64,000 bases of DNA from Prorocentrum cordatum (taxonomy: Eukaryota). Below the pieces are notes generated by a model. That model saw nothing but the letters and a program-made list of their open reading frames with translations. It was not told the DNA's origin and made no database searches. Made by a program: the position numbers and the translations under genes. Below are positions 12,917 through 24,798 of the stretch, in pieces; the stretch's first letter is position 1; the number at the start of each line of letters is the position of its first letter. The stretch lies in NCBI GenBank assembly GCA_963575745.1, contig CAUYUJ010000046.1, positions 1-64,000 on the forward strand, in the 5' to 3' direction.

Positions 12917-13453
12917 CTTGGACCACTCTGCCTTGTCCATCGTCTGCGCCTCCTCCAGGGTGATCGTGTGCTTGACGGTGGTGTCGTAGGCCACCATGGA
13001 CTTGAAGTTGTTGCTGACGATCTTGAGGCGGGCAGGCCTCGAGGCCACGAGCCGCTCGGCCACGAGCGAGGCGGTGGCGAACGTCCACGGCATCTTGCTC
13101 GCCTCCTCGAACGAGTAGTTGAATCGGTCCCCGAGCTTGAGCTTCATAGAGGACACTCCCTTGCCTCCCAGAATGAAGATCTTCCCGGCGTTGCCCTTGG
13201 CCTCCTCGTCCGCCAGGCCCAGCCTCACCTGTTTCGCCACCGCCGAGTTCACGCCGCCGCACAGGCCCTTGTCGGAAGTGACGGCGAGGTAAGTGATGGG
13301 CCCCGCCTTCTCCTGTCGTGGCAGCCTCTCCATCAAGTCCAGCACAGGCTTGCCGAAGGGCATCCCGTTTTCCATGTTCTTCATGTCCTTCTTGAACTTG
13401 GCCGTGGCGACCATCTTCATGGCCTTCGTGATCTTTTTCATGTTGTTGATGGC
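12917..13453 (-). CDS. atp3: ATP synthase gamma, exon 3 (AINNMKKITKAMKMVATAK...TSDKGLCGGVN...EWSK)
   Basis: Signature motifs KITKAMKMVA and TSDKGLCGGVNS in ORF 12650..13483; CAG acceptor and AAG|GC donor. Confidence 0.95.
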
Positions 13454-13547
13454 CTGGAGGCGCAACAGAAGGCATAAGCCCACAATTTCAAAACTCCGTG
13501 CGGATTTCTTGGGTCGCCGCGAGACCCTCCTTCCACATTACCATTAC

Positions 13548-13697
13548 GTCGGGCGTGTCCCCCTACAGGCGGATTGTGGACGAAAAGTAAAACCCCCCCC
13601 CAAATATTCCGAATCGATTCCCAAACAGTCAAAAAATCGCCCCTGGGCGAGTTGTTATTATTTTTGAATATTCGTCCTGTAGAGGGACGCGCCCGAC
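13548..13697. mobile_element. MITE family 2 (TIR GTCGGGCGTGTCCCCCTACAGG), copy 1
   Basis: ~22-bp imperfect TIR with AT-rich interior. Confidence 0.75.
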
Positions 13698-14237
13698 TCG
13701 ACATTACCTCCCCCCCCCTGCGCGGAGCGCCGGGGGCGGCGCCGGAGGCGCGCCCCGAGGTGCGGAGGGGGGGGAGGCCAGCGCCGACCCAAGGAGTCCA
13801 CGCGGGTCTGTGTCCCTGACCTGACCTCCTCCTCCCCTCCTCCTTCCGCTCCTCCCCTCCTGCGCCTCCTCCTCCTCCCCCTTCCTCCTCCTCCTCGTCC
13901 TCCTCCTCCTCCCTCCTCTCCTCCTCCCCCTCCTCCCTCCTCCTCCTCCTCCTCCTCCTCCTCCCTCCTGTCCTCCTCCTCCTCCCCCCCTCCTCCTCCT
14001 CCTCCTCCTCCTCTCCTCCCCTCCTCCTCCTCCTCCTCCTCCTCCTCCTACTCCTTTTCCTCCTCCTCCTCCTCCAACGATGTGATTATCTTGAATGCGC
14101 GGCCCCAAGGACGTTCACCCCTTCGCACGGGGTATTTTTCCGACCGAGGCCCGTTTGCGACGGCCCCCCGGGTCCGAGGATGTGTGTGTGTGTGTGGCTC
14201 CGGAGGGCCGAAGTCGATAAATGACCTAAAGGGTTAA

Positions 14238-14366
14238 GTCGGGCGTGTCCCCCTACAGGGGGGGGGTTCGACGAAAAATAACAAATGGTCAAACATATTC
14301 AGAAGATGCCCAAGAATACTCAAAAAATGGTCCCCCGACAACCCCCTGTAGAGGGACAGGCCCGAC
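14238..14366. mobile_element. MITE family 2, copy 2
   Basis: Same TIRs as 13548-13697. Confidence 0.75.
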
Positions 14367-14405
14367 TTACAAATAACCTAAAGGGTGAAAAAACGATGAA
14401 GTTAC

Positions 14406-16820
14406 CCTGGCGAAGGACCGAACCATGCAGAGTTGTGAATACCGTCGTTGCGTGCATCGCCTTCGGGGGATCTCCTCATGGGGCGACGAGGTATGCGAAG
14501 GGTGTGCCGAGATGGGGCGGGGCCGCCATGTGGGCGCTGACACGGGGGCTTCAGGTGGAACCCACTCTGCGGCCACGAAACGTGAGGGGTCCGCCGCAAT
14601 GGGGCAGGGCCGCCAATGGGGCCTCCGGTGGAACTCCCGATGGGGCCACGAGATGCTGCACTGGGTGGGGGAGACGCTCTGGGGCCTTAGGTGGAGCTCC
14701 CTATTGGGCTACGAAGCGCTGTGCTGGATGGGGGAACCACATGCAGACACCGCCACTGAGGCCTGCGGTGGAGCTCCCTATGGGGCCACGAAGCGCTGTA
14801 CTGAGTCGGGGCAACGCATGCGAACGCCGCCACTGAGGCCTTCGGTGGAGCTCCCTACGGGGCCACGAAACGCTGTTCTGGGAGGGAGAACCGCATGCGG
14901 ACACTGCCACTGGGGGCCTTCGGTTGAACTCCCTATGGGGACACGGAACGCTGCACTGGGTGGGGGAACAGCATGCGAAGACCGCCACTTAGGCATTCGG
15001 TAGAGCTCCCTATGGGGCCACGAAGCGCTGTGCTTCGTGGGTGAACCGCATGCGGACACCGCCACTGAGGCCCTCGGTGGAGCACCTTATGATGCCACCG
15101 ACGCTGCACTTAGTGGGTGAACCACATGCGGACACCGCCACTGAGGCCTTCGGTGGATACGGGGCAGTGAAGCGATGTACTGGGTGGGGAAGCCGCATGC
15201 GAACGCCGCCACTGAGGCCTTCGGTGGAGTTCATTATGGGGCCACAAAACGTTGCACTGAGGCCTTATGTGGAGCTCCCTATGGGGCCACGAAATGCTGT
15301 ACTGGGTGGGGAAGCCGCATGCGAACGCCGCCATTGAGGCCTTCGGTGGAGCTCCCTATGGGGCCACGAAACGCTGTACTGGGTGAGGAGACCACATGCG
15401 GACAACTCCTTATGGGGCCGCGAAATGCTGTACTGAGTGGGGGAGATGCATGCGGACACCGCCACTTGGGCCTTCGAAGGAGCTCCCTATGCGGCGACGA
15501 AGCGCTGCACTGGGTGGGGGAACCGCATGCAAACTCCGCGAAGCGCTGTACTGGGTGGGGGAACCGCATGCGGACACCGTCACTGAGGCCTTCATTGGAG
15601 CGCCCCATTGTGGCACGAAGCGCTGTACTGGGCGGGGGACCCGCATGAGAACGCCGCCACTGAAGCCTTCGGTGGAGCTCCCTATGGGGCCACGAAGCGC
15701 TGTACTGGGCGGGGCAACCGCATGCGAACGCCGCCACTGAAGCCTTTTGTGGAGCTCCCTGTGGGGCCACGGAGCGCTGTATTGGGCGGGGCACGCGCAT
15801 GCGGACACCGCCACTGAGGCCTTCGGTTAAACCCCCTATGGGGCAACGAAACGCTGTGCTTCGTGGGTGAACCGCATGCGGACACCGCCACTGAGGCCCT
15901 CGGTGGAGCTCCCTGCAGGGCCACAAACGCTGCACTGGGTGGGTGAACCGCATGCGGATACCGCCATTGAGGCCTTCGGTGGAGCACCCTATGAGGCCAC
16001 AAACGCTGCACTGCGTGGGTGAACCGCATGCGGACATCGCCACTGAAACCTTCGGTGAGGCTCCTTTATGGGACCACGGAACGCTGTACTGGGAGGGAAA
16101 ACCGCATGCGAACACCACCACTGAATCCTTCGGTGGAGTTCCCTATGGGGCCACGAAGCGCTGTACTGGGTGAGGGATACGCATGCGGACACCGCCACTG
16201 AGGCCTGCGGTGGAGCTCCCTATGGGGCCACGAAGCGCTGTACACGGTGGGGGAACCGCATGCGGACACTGCCGCGGAGGTCTTCGGTGGAGTTCCCCAT
16301 GGGGCCACGAAAAACTGTACTGGGCGGGGGAACCACATGCGACCGCCGCCTTTGAGGCCCCCGGTGGAGCTCCCTATGGTGCCGCGAATCGCTGTACCTG
16401 TGCAGGGAAACCGCATGCGAACACCACAACTTAGGCCTTCGGTGGAGCTCCCTATGGGCCCACGAAACGCTGTAACTGTGACTACTGAATGGGGAAGCCG
16501 CATGCGAACACCGCCACTGAGGCGTTCGGTAAGGGCCCCTATGAGGCCACGAAGCCCTGTACTGGGTGGGGCAACCACATGCGGACACCTCCCTATGGGG
16601 CCGCGAAGCGCTGTACTGGGTGGGGAAACCGAATGCGAACGCTGCTACTGAGGCCTTCGGTGGAGCTCCCTGTGGGGCCGCGGAACGTGTTAGGGCTGTG
16701 CCAAGACGAGATGCGGAGGGCAGAGGCACGGAGGGGGAGGAGGAAGGGGGGGAGGAGGAAAGAGGAGACGCGGGGCGCTCTCTTCAAAACGAAGACCCAA
16801 CACCAACGGATGGTTGGGAA
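14406..16820 (+). mobile_element. Satellite-carrying element, copy D, inside intron 2 of ATP synthase gamma
   Basis: Both termini present; ~2.2 kb array of ~77-bp units. Confidence 0.75.
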
Positions 16821-16865
16821 CAGCAATCGCCAGGAATATGAGTCGTTTCTGGGTTGTCAGGGTGC

Positions 16866-16905
16866 CTTCATGCGGATCTGCAGCGTCTTCAGCGTCGCGG
16901 CATTC
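16866..16905 (-). CDS. atp3: ATP synthase gamma, exon 2 (40 nt; (R)NAATLKTLQIRMK)
   Basis: Encodes the conserved gamma N-terminus ATLK-x-L-x-IRMK; bounded by an AG acceptor (16907-16906) and a GC donor (16865); not called in the ORF track. Confidence 0.9.
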
Positions 16906-17253
16906 CTCGGGAGCCCACATATGACGTACGCGCCCAACCACGTACACGAATACGGTCCCCCGATCCGCGAGGCCACCCTTGCTTCGCGAACGTTCGCGCA
17001 ATGCGCACTTTCGAAACCAACGTGGATCGGCTATACGCAAGAGTGACCCTGGGTAAGAGTGACCTTTGGTGCGCGACTTTTTGGGGGGCCGCGGGGGGGC
17101 CAAACCTGGGCGCGCAAGCAGCTGCTGCTGCTTCGTTTTCAGCCATCTGGGGACCCATCTGTGCCCGCACCAAAAATCACTCCGGCGAATGGTCACTCGT
17201 ACGTCTAGTCGAGTGGATTCATGTGTGTACGTCCTTCTTTCGCTCCTGAATTC
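16906..17253 (-). other. Intron 1 of ATP synthase gamma, GA-AG, 348 nt
   Basis: Junctions ACCAG|GAATTC and CCGAG|GAATGC restore the frame. Confidence 0.8.
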
Positions 17254-17366
17254 CTGGTCTGCACATCCTGCGCGCCCAGGCCCCGCTGGAAGGCGGCAAG
17301 GCCCTGCTGGACACCCAGGCGGGTCACGGGCGCGGGCCGCAGCGCGGCCACACGCGCGGCGAGCAT
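17254..17366 (-). CDS. atp3: Mitochondrial F1 ATP synthase gamma subunit, exon 1 (presequence MLAARVAALRPAPVTRLGVQQGLAAFQRGLGAQDVQTR)
   Basis: ATG in AGCC-ATG context at 17366; Arg/Ala/Leu-rich, nearly acid-free presequence; ends ACC AG|GA and joins exon 2 in frame. Confidence 0.85.
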
Positions 17367-18109
17367 GGCTAGCAAGCAGGCAGCGTGCGGCTCCCGAGGC
17401 GCGGCTCCTCCTCTGGATTTTGTGATGGGCCAGATTCCCACCACCACAACCACCATAAGCAGCAGAGGGAGGAGGAGGAGGAGGAGGAGGAGGAGGAGGA
17501 GGAGGAGGAGGAGGAGGAGGAGGAGGAGGAGGAGGAGGAGGAGGGTTTGTTTTAACAAGGACCTCTGCCTGACTTCAACAGACGACTGGCACTCGTCTGA
17601 GGGCGTTCCTTGGCGCTCAGCAGCCCAGTTGTCGGAGCTGCTGCTGAAGGTGGAGGGCCGAGCAAGGAATGCTCTGCCCTCCAGGACGGGCTCGGCCTTG
17701 CTCACCCCAGCGACGGGTAAGCAGGACCTCCCCCGCCAACGAAATAGCGACTTCCACTGCAAGCACGACTGCCCTCGGCTGTACAAGAGGGACTGCGAAC
17801 AAAACAGCGCCCCTCCATAAGAGCCTGTGGCTCCAGGAGGAGGAGGGCAAGACAAGGGACGAGCAACGTACCCACGCACGAAGACGCGCGCCCAACGCCT
17901 ACCAAAAAGATGTTGGGGCCAGGAACCAAAGCTCCAGGCCACAGCAACATCAGACGAGCAACAGTCAGGATAAAGATACCCCCGTGCTCGGACATGCAGA
18001 AGCGCACCCTATGTGTGCACGCACCTTCCCCCAGGATTGGGGTGCCTGACACGCGTGCACGACGGACTCACGCACAACGAACTGCACACAACCAAGCAAA
18101 GAAGAAGAT

Positions 18110-18410
18110 TCGACCACCCACAAAAGGACGACGAGCCCGCAGTCCCTGGTGCAGCCAGCGCCAGGACGACATACGGTCACGCCCCAGATGTGGGGTAAAG
18201 CACGGATGCCTGCCAAAAGGGCCAGCCGCATCGGGCCGCGCAGAGACAAGCGAAAGGCGAACCCTCGCCACTGGGAAAACTCGACCACCCACACAAGGAC
18301 GACGAGGACCGAAGCCCCTGGTGCAAGCAGCGCCAGGACGACCTCAGTCTCGCCCCAGATGTGGGGTTTAGCACGGATGCCTGCCAATAGGGTCAGTCGC
18401 ATCGGGCCGT
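18110..18410. repeat. ~171-bp tandem duplication in the 3' UTR of LINE copy 1
   Basis: CGACCACCCACA at 18111 and 18282, with downstream sequence collinear. Confidence 0.85.
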
Positions 18411-18567
18411 GCATGTAAGGAAACTAAATGGGCCACCCAGCACCACAGAAAATCAAGACAGAAAGACCGAAAGGCCACAGCAATCACAGAACGGACCAGG
18501 GACCAATTTCCACTGTGATGCCGTGGGTCTTAAACCGTTTGGGATGTCTGCCCTTGCAGATCAATTT

Positions 18568-21500
18568 CTAATTATCAGTAGTGTGGCGGGGCGGCTGGTC
18601 ACACTTTTGGGCCAACCCCCGCACTTGGCCATGACTCGGATAGCATTTGCACGTAAGACAAACCGTGAGGTGAGCTCCATCACTGCACTCCAGGGTGAGA
18701 CAACTATGCCCCAGAGAGCGGAGGGAGTCAGCATCAAGCCTGGAAGCCTCGACACAACCCCCCCCCGTCGGGGCTACCGTGCCTCTGCTTACCTGATTGC
18801 ACTTCCTACACAAGAAGAAACCTCGCAGCCACTCCCATTCATGCCCGGGAGGGGGGGGGACCTCAGGGCGCTCACGACGAGGGGGAAGGACCAGCTCGAC
18901 CTCTGAGAGGTCGAGTCGGGGCCATAATGGGAGCAATGCTGCTGCGAGGTTGCAAACCTTCTTTGAAACCTTCAATTGAAATTGCAAAACTTCTTCTTCT
19001 AACTCTGACCACGTCGGGTGCATGGCAGCACCAGCTTTGGCAGCCCTGTCGGCGGCGGCGTTCCCCTGACGCCTCCACCTCTCATCCGCAGAGATACCTT
19101 CGGCCTCAGGGTCCAAATGAGCCTTAACTTTGCGAACCCTAAGGAACTGGGCACCCTGCTGAACATACTGCATCATGCCAGCGCAGGGTCGAAAATAGTT
19201 CAGCTGCTGCTCGGCTGGCATATTACATAGTTTGACGACATTGAGACAGTCACTAAACACATCAGACTCTCCTACAACCTGCAGAGCACACATGGCCATG
19301 GCCTGAAACTCAGCAGCCTGGGGGGAGGCCTTAAGGGGGTAGGGCACGGGACCAATAAGCCTGCCTTCAACCTCACCGCCCGCACTCATCTGAGTCACCC
19401 CCCAGCCAGCCCGTTGGAGCTCAGGAATGATGTGTCTAGTACAGCTGCCATCCACGAACAAGTTTCCCTGGAAGTCCCCGCCGTCCCTGGATAAGTCCGT
19501 CCACCGAAGGTCAGCCGTCCCAGGAGCCGAGGGCCTCGGGTGAACATCTCCAGGATGAGGAAAAACACCCCGAGAAAACAGCAGCTTTTCTTCATCACCT
19601 TCAGCCGCAAGTGCCCGATCGATGTCGGACTGGTCAACAATCCCCAGCCGTGCGTCCATACAGCTCTGGCACTCCCAGAGGCGGTGGAACTCCGAGTCGA
19701 CAGCCACCCCACAAAGCGCGCACTTAGTGTGGGGAACCTGATATCCTTTCGATTGGGCTCGACTCGCAGTCCAAATCGCCCCACAGACCAATGATTCCAC
19801 ACAACCTCTGGCGAGCGGAGACGATCGCTTCGATCTGAGCTTCGCTCGCACGACATCGAAACACAGACGGCTGCAACTAAGGCCGGCCTTGACAGCCGCT
19901 TCCCTCTCAAGGGCTCTAAGGCACGCACTGAAGAGCAACTCCTTAAGCAACGCTGGAGCCACATAGGTCAAGGCGGTTTCTTCCCCAAAATCATTCACCA
20001 ATACCGTAAACCCATTCATGCCCCAAGATAACCTCTAGAGGGATAACTTCAAGGCCCCCATAGGCCCACAAACCTTTTTCCACTCCGTGACATCAGCATC
20101 CCTGTACCCAACTTCCCAAGCAGCCCTCAAATCCTGGAAAGTGAACGAGTATGGATATGAGTGGGTATGCGCCGCCCAGACCTCCTTCGAAAACCTCAGG
20201 ATCGGGGCGATCGCACATCTCCAGGACGGGTCGTCCTCTAGAATCATGAGAGTGGTAAGTGACCGTTCAGCAGCCTGCGGGCGAAGGACCTTGCCAGCAG
20301 ACTGTCGGATCTGAAGCAATTCCTTATCAGAAATGCCATGCGCGCAAGAACCGTATTCTACGCAAGGGAGAGATCCTGAAACAAATATCCGCTTAGAGTA
20401 CCTCCCCAATGATTTCCCTATAGCCCGCACCTTCCCAGCTTGCTTTTTAAGGCTCTGCATCCGAATCCCGAACTTCTTGGACCGCTTGCGAGTCCTCCTA
20501 GGTCGGCCCACAGTATCGTCAATTCCAAGATTCGTGGCACTTTCCACAACTGGCCCCGCCAGATCGCCGAGAAAGGAGCGGAGCTGCGAAGCGACACTCT
20601 TGTCCGAACAGACAAAATTGGCCTTCTCGCGCGAAACATCACAGCCTAACTCACCAACAAAAACTTGGTACAACTTAGCAGAGGCAACCTTGATGTCGGC
20701 AGTCACTTCACGAGCTGTGCCAATACTGTTCAACCAAGAATCATCCATATATTGGTCCAGGGTGACAGCGCGAGGTAACTCAAGCCGATCAAAGGAGCCT
20801 ATGAGGCACACCCGCACAAAGCTGGTCGCGAAGCTGCAGCCCGCGATGACACCCAGCAGGGCGTAGTGCGGTCCTGAAACCATCCTAGACATGCTGATAA
20901 AACGGGCACTCCTATACGTGTTCACACAGAGCTGGGCTATGACCATGGGAAATCCGTAAACCCTGCATTGATGGAGCAGGCGATCCAACTGGAAAGTTTC
21001 ATAAAACTTGGCCATGTGCCAAAGCACTGTGGCAGAGACCTTGCCCCTCGAGGTTCCGGCCTCCGAACGCAAGGCCTGTCTCCAGGCAGTATCGCACGCA
21101 GCAGCGAACTTTGACCCCGCAAAGTAGGGTCTCATGTTGGCAATCTCCCATTGCTGCGCATAAACCCTTCTACAACGCCCCCAGAGCCGATAAAGGGAAA
21201 CAAATAACCCAATTGGGCGCCACCCTCCATTAGGTTTCAACAACATGGCGACCTGAATGATCCTAAGTTGGGAGGGGAGGGTGGACAGGACTTCTATAAG
21301 CGAAAACAGCTGGGACACCACTGAGAGGGCATCATCAGAGAGCCAGCTATAGTGCGTCATATGGAATCCGTCAATACTCTGAGCAGACCGAACTGGGTAT
21401 CGCGACGACACCCCGCGGATAAAATCTGGCTCCAAGGCAGGGAGCGCATCCTGCACTCCTTCGGAACCTTGCCCAGGGGGCTCATTCGCGGCCTGCCAGA

Positions 21501-23010
21501 GGCCAGCGAACTTGGCCGACTCCGACCTGAGCAAGGAAAGGGGGTCCGAAACAACTAAGCCTCCAGCGCTCAAGGTGGTGGTGGGCTTCCACCCTGGAGC
21601 AGGCTTCCTAGCAAGATGGGCATTACGCCCGCCTTTGTCGATATTAGCCAGCAACCATTTTTTCCATCCCGTCCTTGCCGCCTCCTGAGTCCTGCTGGAT
21701 ACCTCCCCGTAGACCTCCGCCACCTTAGTGCAAAGTAACTCTACCTCAGCTGGCTCAATTCCTGCGACCGAGCTGGCAGCTGAGGCTGCGGCAGCAATCT
21801 CATCGAGCAACGGCCTGTGCAACCCAACGCCGTCAAGCACGAAACGCGGTGGATCCGTCCAAACACCACGTAGGCGCGGAGCATCACCAGACTGGTAGAG
21901 ACCGAACAGTTGCCTGACGCGGTTGTCGACCCACTTAAGGGCCGCCATCTCAGGATACCTGAAAGGATCAGTTTTGGCATTAAACACAGGGGCCCACAGG
22001 AGCTCTGGAGCCTTGGCCCTGCTGCCATAATAGTAAAGATCAACCTGGCCAACAAGAGCCAGCTCCTTTTCGGCCCTCTTAGCAAACCAGGCGTAAAGTC
22101 TGTCAATCCCCTCCAAGGCCCCCTCGACCTTAGCTTCCCGAGCCAAGCCCAGCACACGGCGACCGTGCCCCAAAACATCATCCCACACAGGAGGGGCGGC
22201 GGAGGGGCCGACAGGCCTGGCGGTCGGAAGCTTGGGGTGGCTTCGGAACTGCAAGGCCTGCAACTGGGCAGCCCTGGGGAAAAGGGTGAGAGCAACAGGG
22301 GTGTGGGTCTTAATCACAGCGGACGTGATAGCCGCAATTTCTTTGACCACCTTGCCCACCCCAGGGGAAACAACAAAATAATCGATGTGGGACTGCCCTC
22401 CTTGCCCCGTGAAGCAAGTGGCCTCGCAATCAGCACGGACGAGCTCCCCAAGACGCTCAGGAAAACCAATGTCCAAGAGGGTTTCAGGGGATAGGTTAAA
22501 GTCAGCCCCCGCGATACATTCATTTCCAGTCGTGGCGAGGGCACCCCCTACAAAACGAAGGATGTCCAGGTTTCGATCCGACAAGCCTTCCCCGTCGAAC
22601 ATATACAGCGACGCCATCGATATCGCCGTCGAGCTGGGCAAGTGCACGGCGCCGACGATCGCACGGCCAGCCACCAGCACATTGCCACCAGGCCGCTTCG
22701 GGAAAGCATCGTGCAACCCAAGCCAACCCCTGGCTAGGATCGCTGCACCGCCTCGAGTGCCAGCACCAGCACCCGAAGTCGCTTCGCCGAACAGACCCTT
22801 CCAGCCGTGCCTGACAAGCCAACTAGAAGCGTCATCAATCTTGGAACCTCTAAGATGATGCTCTTGCACCAGGATCACGTGTGAGCAGGTAAGCTTCAAC
22901 CAGTCACACATAGATCCCCAACCAGAGCAATTGCACGTTTCGATAATCAAAGCGAAGTCGTCTTTTGGCGGCTGGGGGGGGGGGGGGGACCCGAATAAGC
23001 CCGTGCCCAC
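18568..23010 (-). pseudogene. LINE copy 1 ORF2: AP endonuclease - reverse transcriptase - zf-RVT-like - RNase H - C-terminal Cys/His domain, with one in-frame TAG at 20035-20037
   Basis: APE: VILVQEHH, GADFNL, HIDYF, KTHTPV. RT: KPNGGWRPIGL, GVIAGCSFA, YMDD. CALC..HRLWEC. RNase H: FVDGS, AAEFQA, SDC, KVKAH, GNAAADRAAK. ORFs 20035..23010 and 18568..20019 share a frame. Confidence 0.92.
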
Positions 23011-23513
23011 ACACCTGGCTTGGCCCCGCGACCCCAGACCCCCGAAACGACCTGCCCTTCAAAACTTCGGTTTCAGGTGTTCCAAAAGAAACCTTGGAAA
23101 AATCCGAATTAACTCGACCCCTCTCGCTAAGCCTAGGCCTCTCGCCCCGCGCCCAGGAGTGGGGGAGATCCTGGGAGAAACCCCGAATGTTCCATCGGAG
23201 GGAGACTTGAAGCCTCCCTTGGACACGCCAATCAGATCTACGAATTCAGCTATCTTGACTGAGACCGCCCCCCTCAGCTCACGCAACTGCTCCTGAGGGG
23301 GGCTCCGAAAGTGCACGAGGGCCCCCTGCTTCGGAGGCTGCCTGAAGCAACCTCTGGGCCTTCGAGCGCACGTCCGAGGCCTGAGACGCAGCAGCTGCGA
23401 CTGCGGCAGTCCCAGAGGGAGCACGGGTAGAAGCAGCTCCACCGCCTCCACCCCTGGGCTCGACCCTCGCACCGCTGGGGCTGCTAGCCGAGGCCGCACG
23501 GGACTCACCCCGC

Positions 23514-24671
23514 TCACTGGCTCCAGGACGGGGGGGCAGCAGCAGCAGCCCCAGCTCCTTCGCTAGCAGCACCTCGGGCGGGTCCGCCAGGGGGCACCGC
23601 TGCCGCCGCAGCAGCAGGGCCCTTCGCCTCCTCGACCTTCGGCTCCTCAACCTTCCGCTTCTTGGACATGCGAGCCTTGTGCTCCGCATGCTCCTGCTTG
23701 ATCGCCTCGACCGACTGCAGGGCACCAGAGAACAAGTCCTTGGCGCACTTCTGCAAGGCTTCCTGCATCTGGCCGATCCGCTTCCGAATCTCCTTCTGGT
23801 CGTCCTCCGATGCCTCGAAATCCTCGGCATCGAAGAAGGCCTGCACATCAAACAGCTGGTCCGCGCCCAGCTCGCCCTTGACCAACTTGTTGATACAGAT
23901 GACGGGCTTGGACTGCAACAGCTCGGGCTCCGAGACCATGCCCGAGGCGCTGGCAAGTTCGGCCACAATGAGCTTGTACTCGCCATCAGCCTCCTGCAGG
24001 CTGGCCTGCACATCTGCCACGCGCTGCCCTTGCTCTTCCACCATGCCCAGGAGCTCCTCGAGCCTGTCCGATTCCTTCTGAAGCTGGGCCTCCAGAGTGA
24101 CCACCCTGGAGTGGGCGGTGGAAGCCCTCTGCTGAACAGGCTGCGGCGCGACAGCTGCAGCGAGCCTGCCCAGCTCCTTGCGGTACTTGTCGGCGTTAGC
24201 CGTGTCACCAGCCTTGTCGGACAGGTTGACCAGCTGGAGCAGCTCGGACTTGGAGAGGGCGCAGTCCCCCTCGAACCGAACTGCTGGGCTGTCGGCCCTG
24301 CGGGCGGCACTGGCCCCAGAGGGGCCCGCGAGCGCAGTGCCTCCACGCAGAGCTCCTCGGCGGGGCATCGCACCCAGAACAGGCTGAAGATGATCGCGCC
24401 CATCAGCTGGATCCACTTCACCTTCAGACCGAGGTTGCCGACAATGTTTGCACGCATCCATGAAGTCTTCGTTCTTCTTGCACCCGCATGCGCAGTGCCA
24501 GCGTGGCGGCCGCGAGGCGCCCCTCTGCGTGGGGGCGTGGACTCGGCGGCCTTCAGAGATGGCTCGCAGAGCCGCCTCGCGTCTGACACCTGCCTTGCTG
24601 TGCCAGGGGGGCCTCCATCGCCCGCCCCAGGCACGCGGGGGCCCCGGGCCCCATCCGTCCGCCGCCCCCAT
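23514..24671 (-). CDS. LINE copy 1 ORF1: RanBP2-like zinc finger + coiled coil + basic C-terminal patch
   Basis: WHCACGCKKNEDFMDACKHC; heptad-rich middle; RMSKKRK; lies directly upstream of the APE-RT frame. Confidence 0.8.
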   Translation of the reverse strand: MGAADGWGPGPPRAWGGRWRPPWHSKAGVRREAALRAISEGRRVHAPTQRGASRPPRWHCACGCKKNEDFMDACKHCRQPRSEGEVDPADGRDHLQPVLGAMPRRGALRGGTALAGPSGASAARRADSPAVRFEGDCALSKSELLQLVNLSDKAGDTANADKYRKELGRLAAAVAPQPVQQRASTAHSRVVTLEAQLQKESDRLEELLGMVEEQGQRVADVQASLQEADGEYKLIVAELASASGMVSEPELLQSKPVICINKLVKGELGADQLFDVQAFFDAEDFEASEDDQKEIRKRIGQMQEALQKCAKDLFSGALQSVEAIKQEHAEHKARMSKKRKVEEPKVEEAKGPAAAAAAVPPGGPARGAASEGAGAAAAAPPSWSQ

Positions 24672-24781
24672 TGCTCGCGAGGGGAAGGAGGAATGATGGA
24701 AGGAGGGATGGGGCGGTCAACGAGCCTGGCCCGTCGCTGCAACGCCCCTCTGACGTTCGCAGCGACAAGCCCAGGACAATG

Positions 24782-24798
24782 CCTGGGCCAGAGGGGCT
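24782..24798 (-). other. Degenerate SL relic AGCCCCTCTGGCCCAGG heading LINE copy 1
   Basis: 12/17 match to AGCCATTTTGGCTCAAG, immediately abutting the (TCC)n tract. Confidence 0.5.

Larger units (their letters stand above)
13454..16865 (-). other. Intron 2 of ATP synthase gamma, GC-AG, 3412 nt, containing a satellite element and two MITEs
   Basis: ATGAAG|GCACC ... CTCCAG|GCCATC. Confidence 0.85.
17546..24798 (-). mobile_element. Non-LTR retrotransposon copy 1 (~7.25 kb; ORF1 + APE-RT-RNase H), near full length but inactivated
   Basis: Bounded by (GGA)n tracts; 5' SL relic; A-rich 3' end (TTAAAACAAA); ORFs listed below. Confidence 0.9.

Noticed and set aside
12330..13483. ORFs 12330..13475 and 12650..13483 as separate proteins or a frameshifted pseudogene
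   Set aside because: They are exons 3 and 4 of one gene separated by a GC-AG intron.
14500..16690. CRISPR-like regular repeat array
   Set aside because: Units are wholly homologous degenerate tandem repeats with no unique spacers and no cas genes, in a eukaryotic intron.
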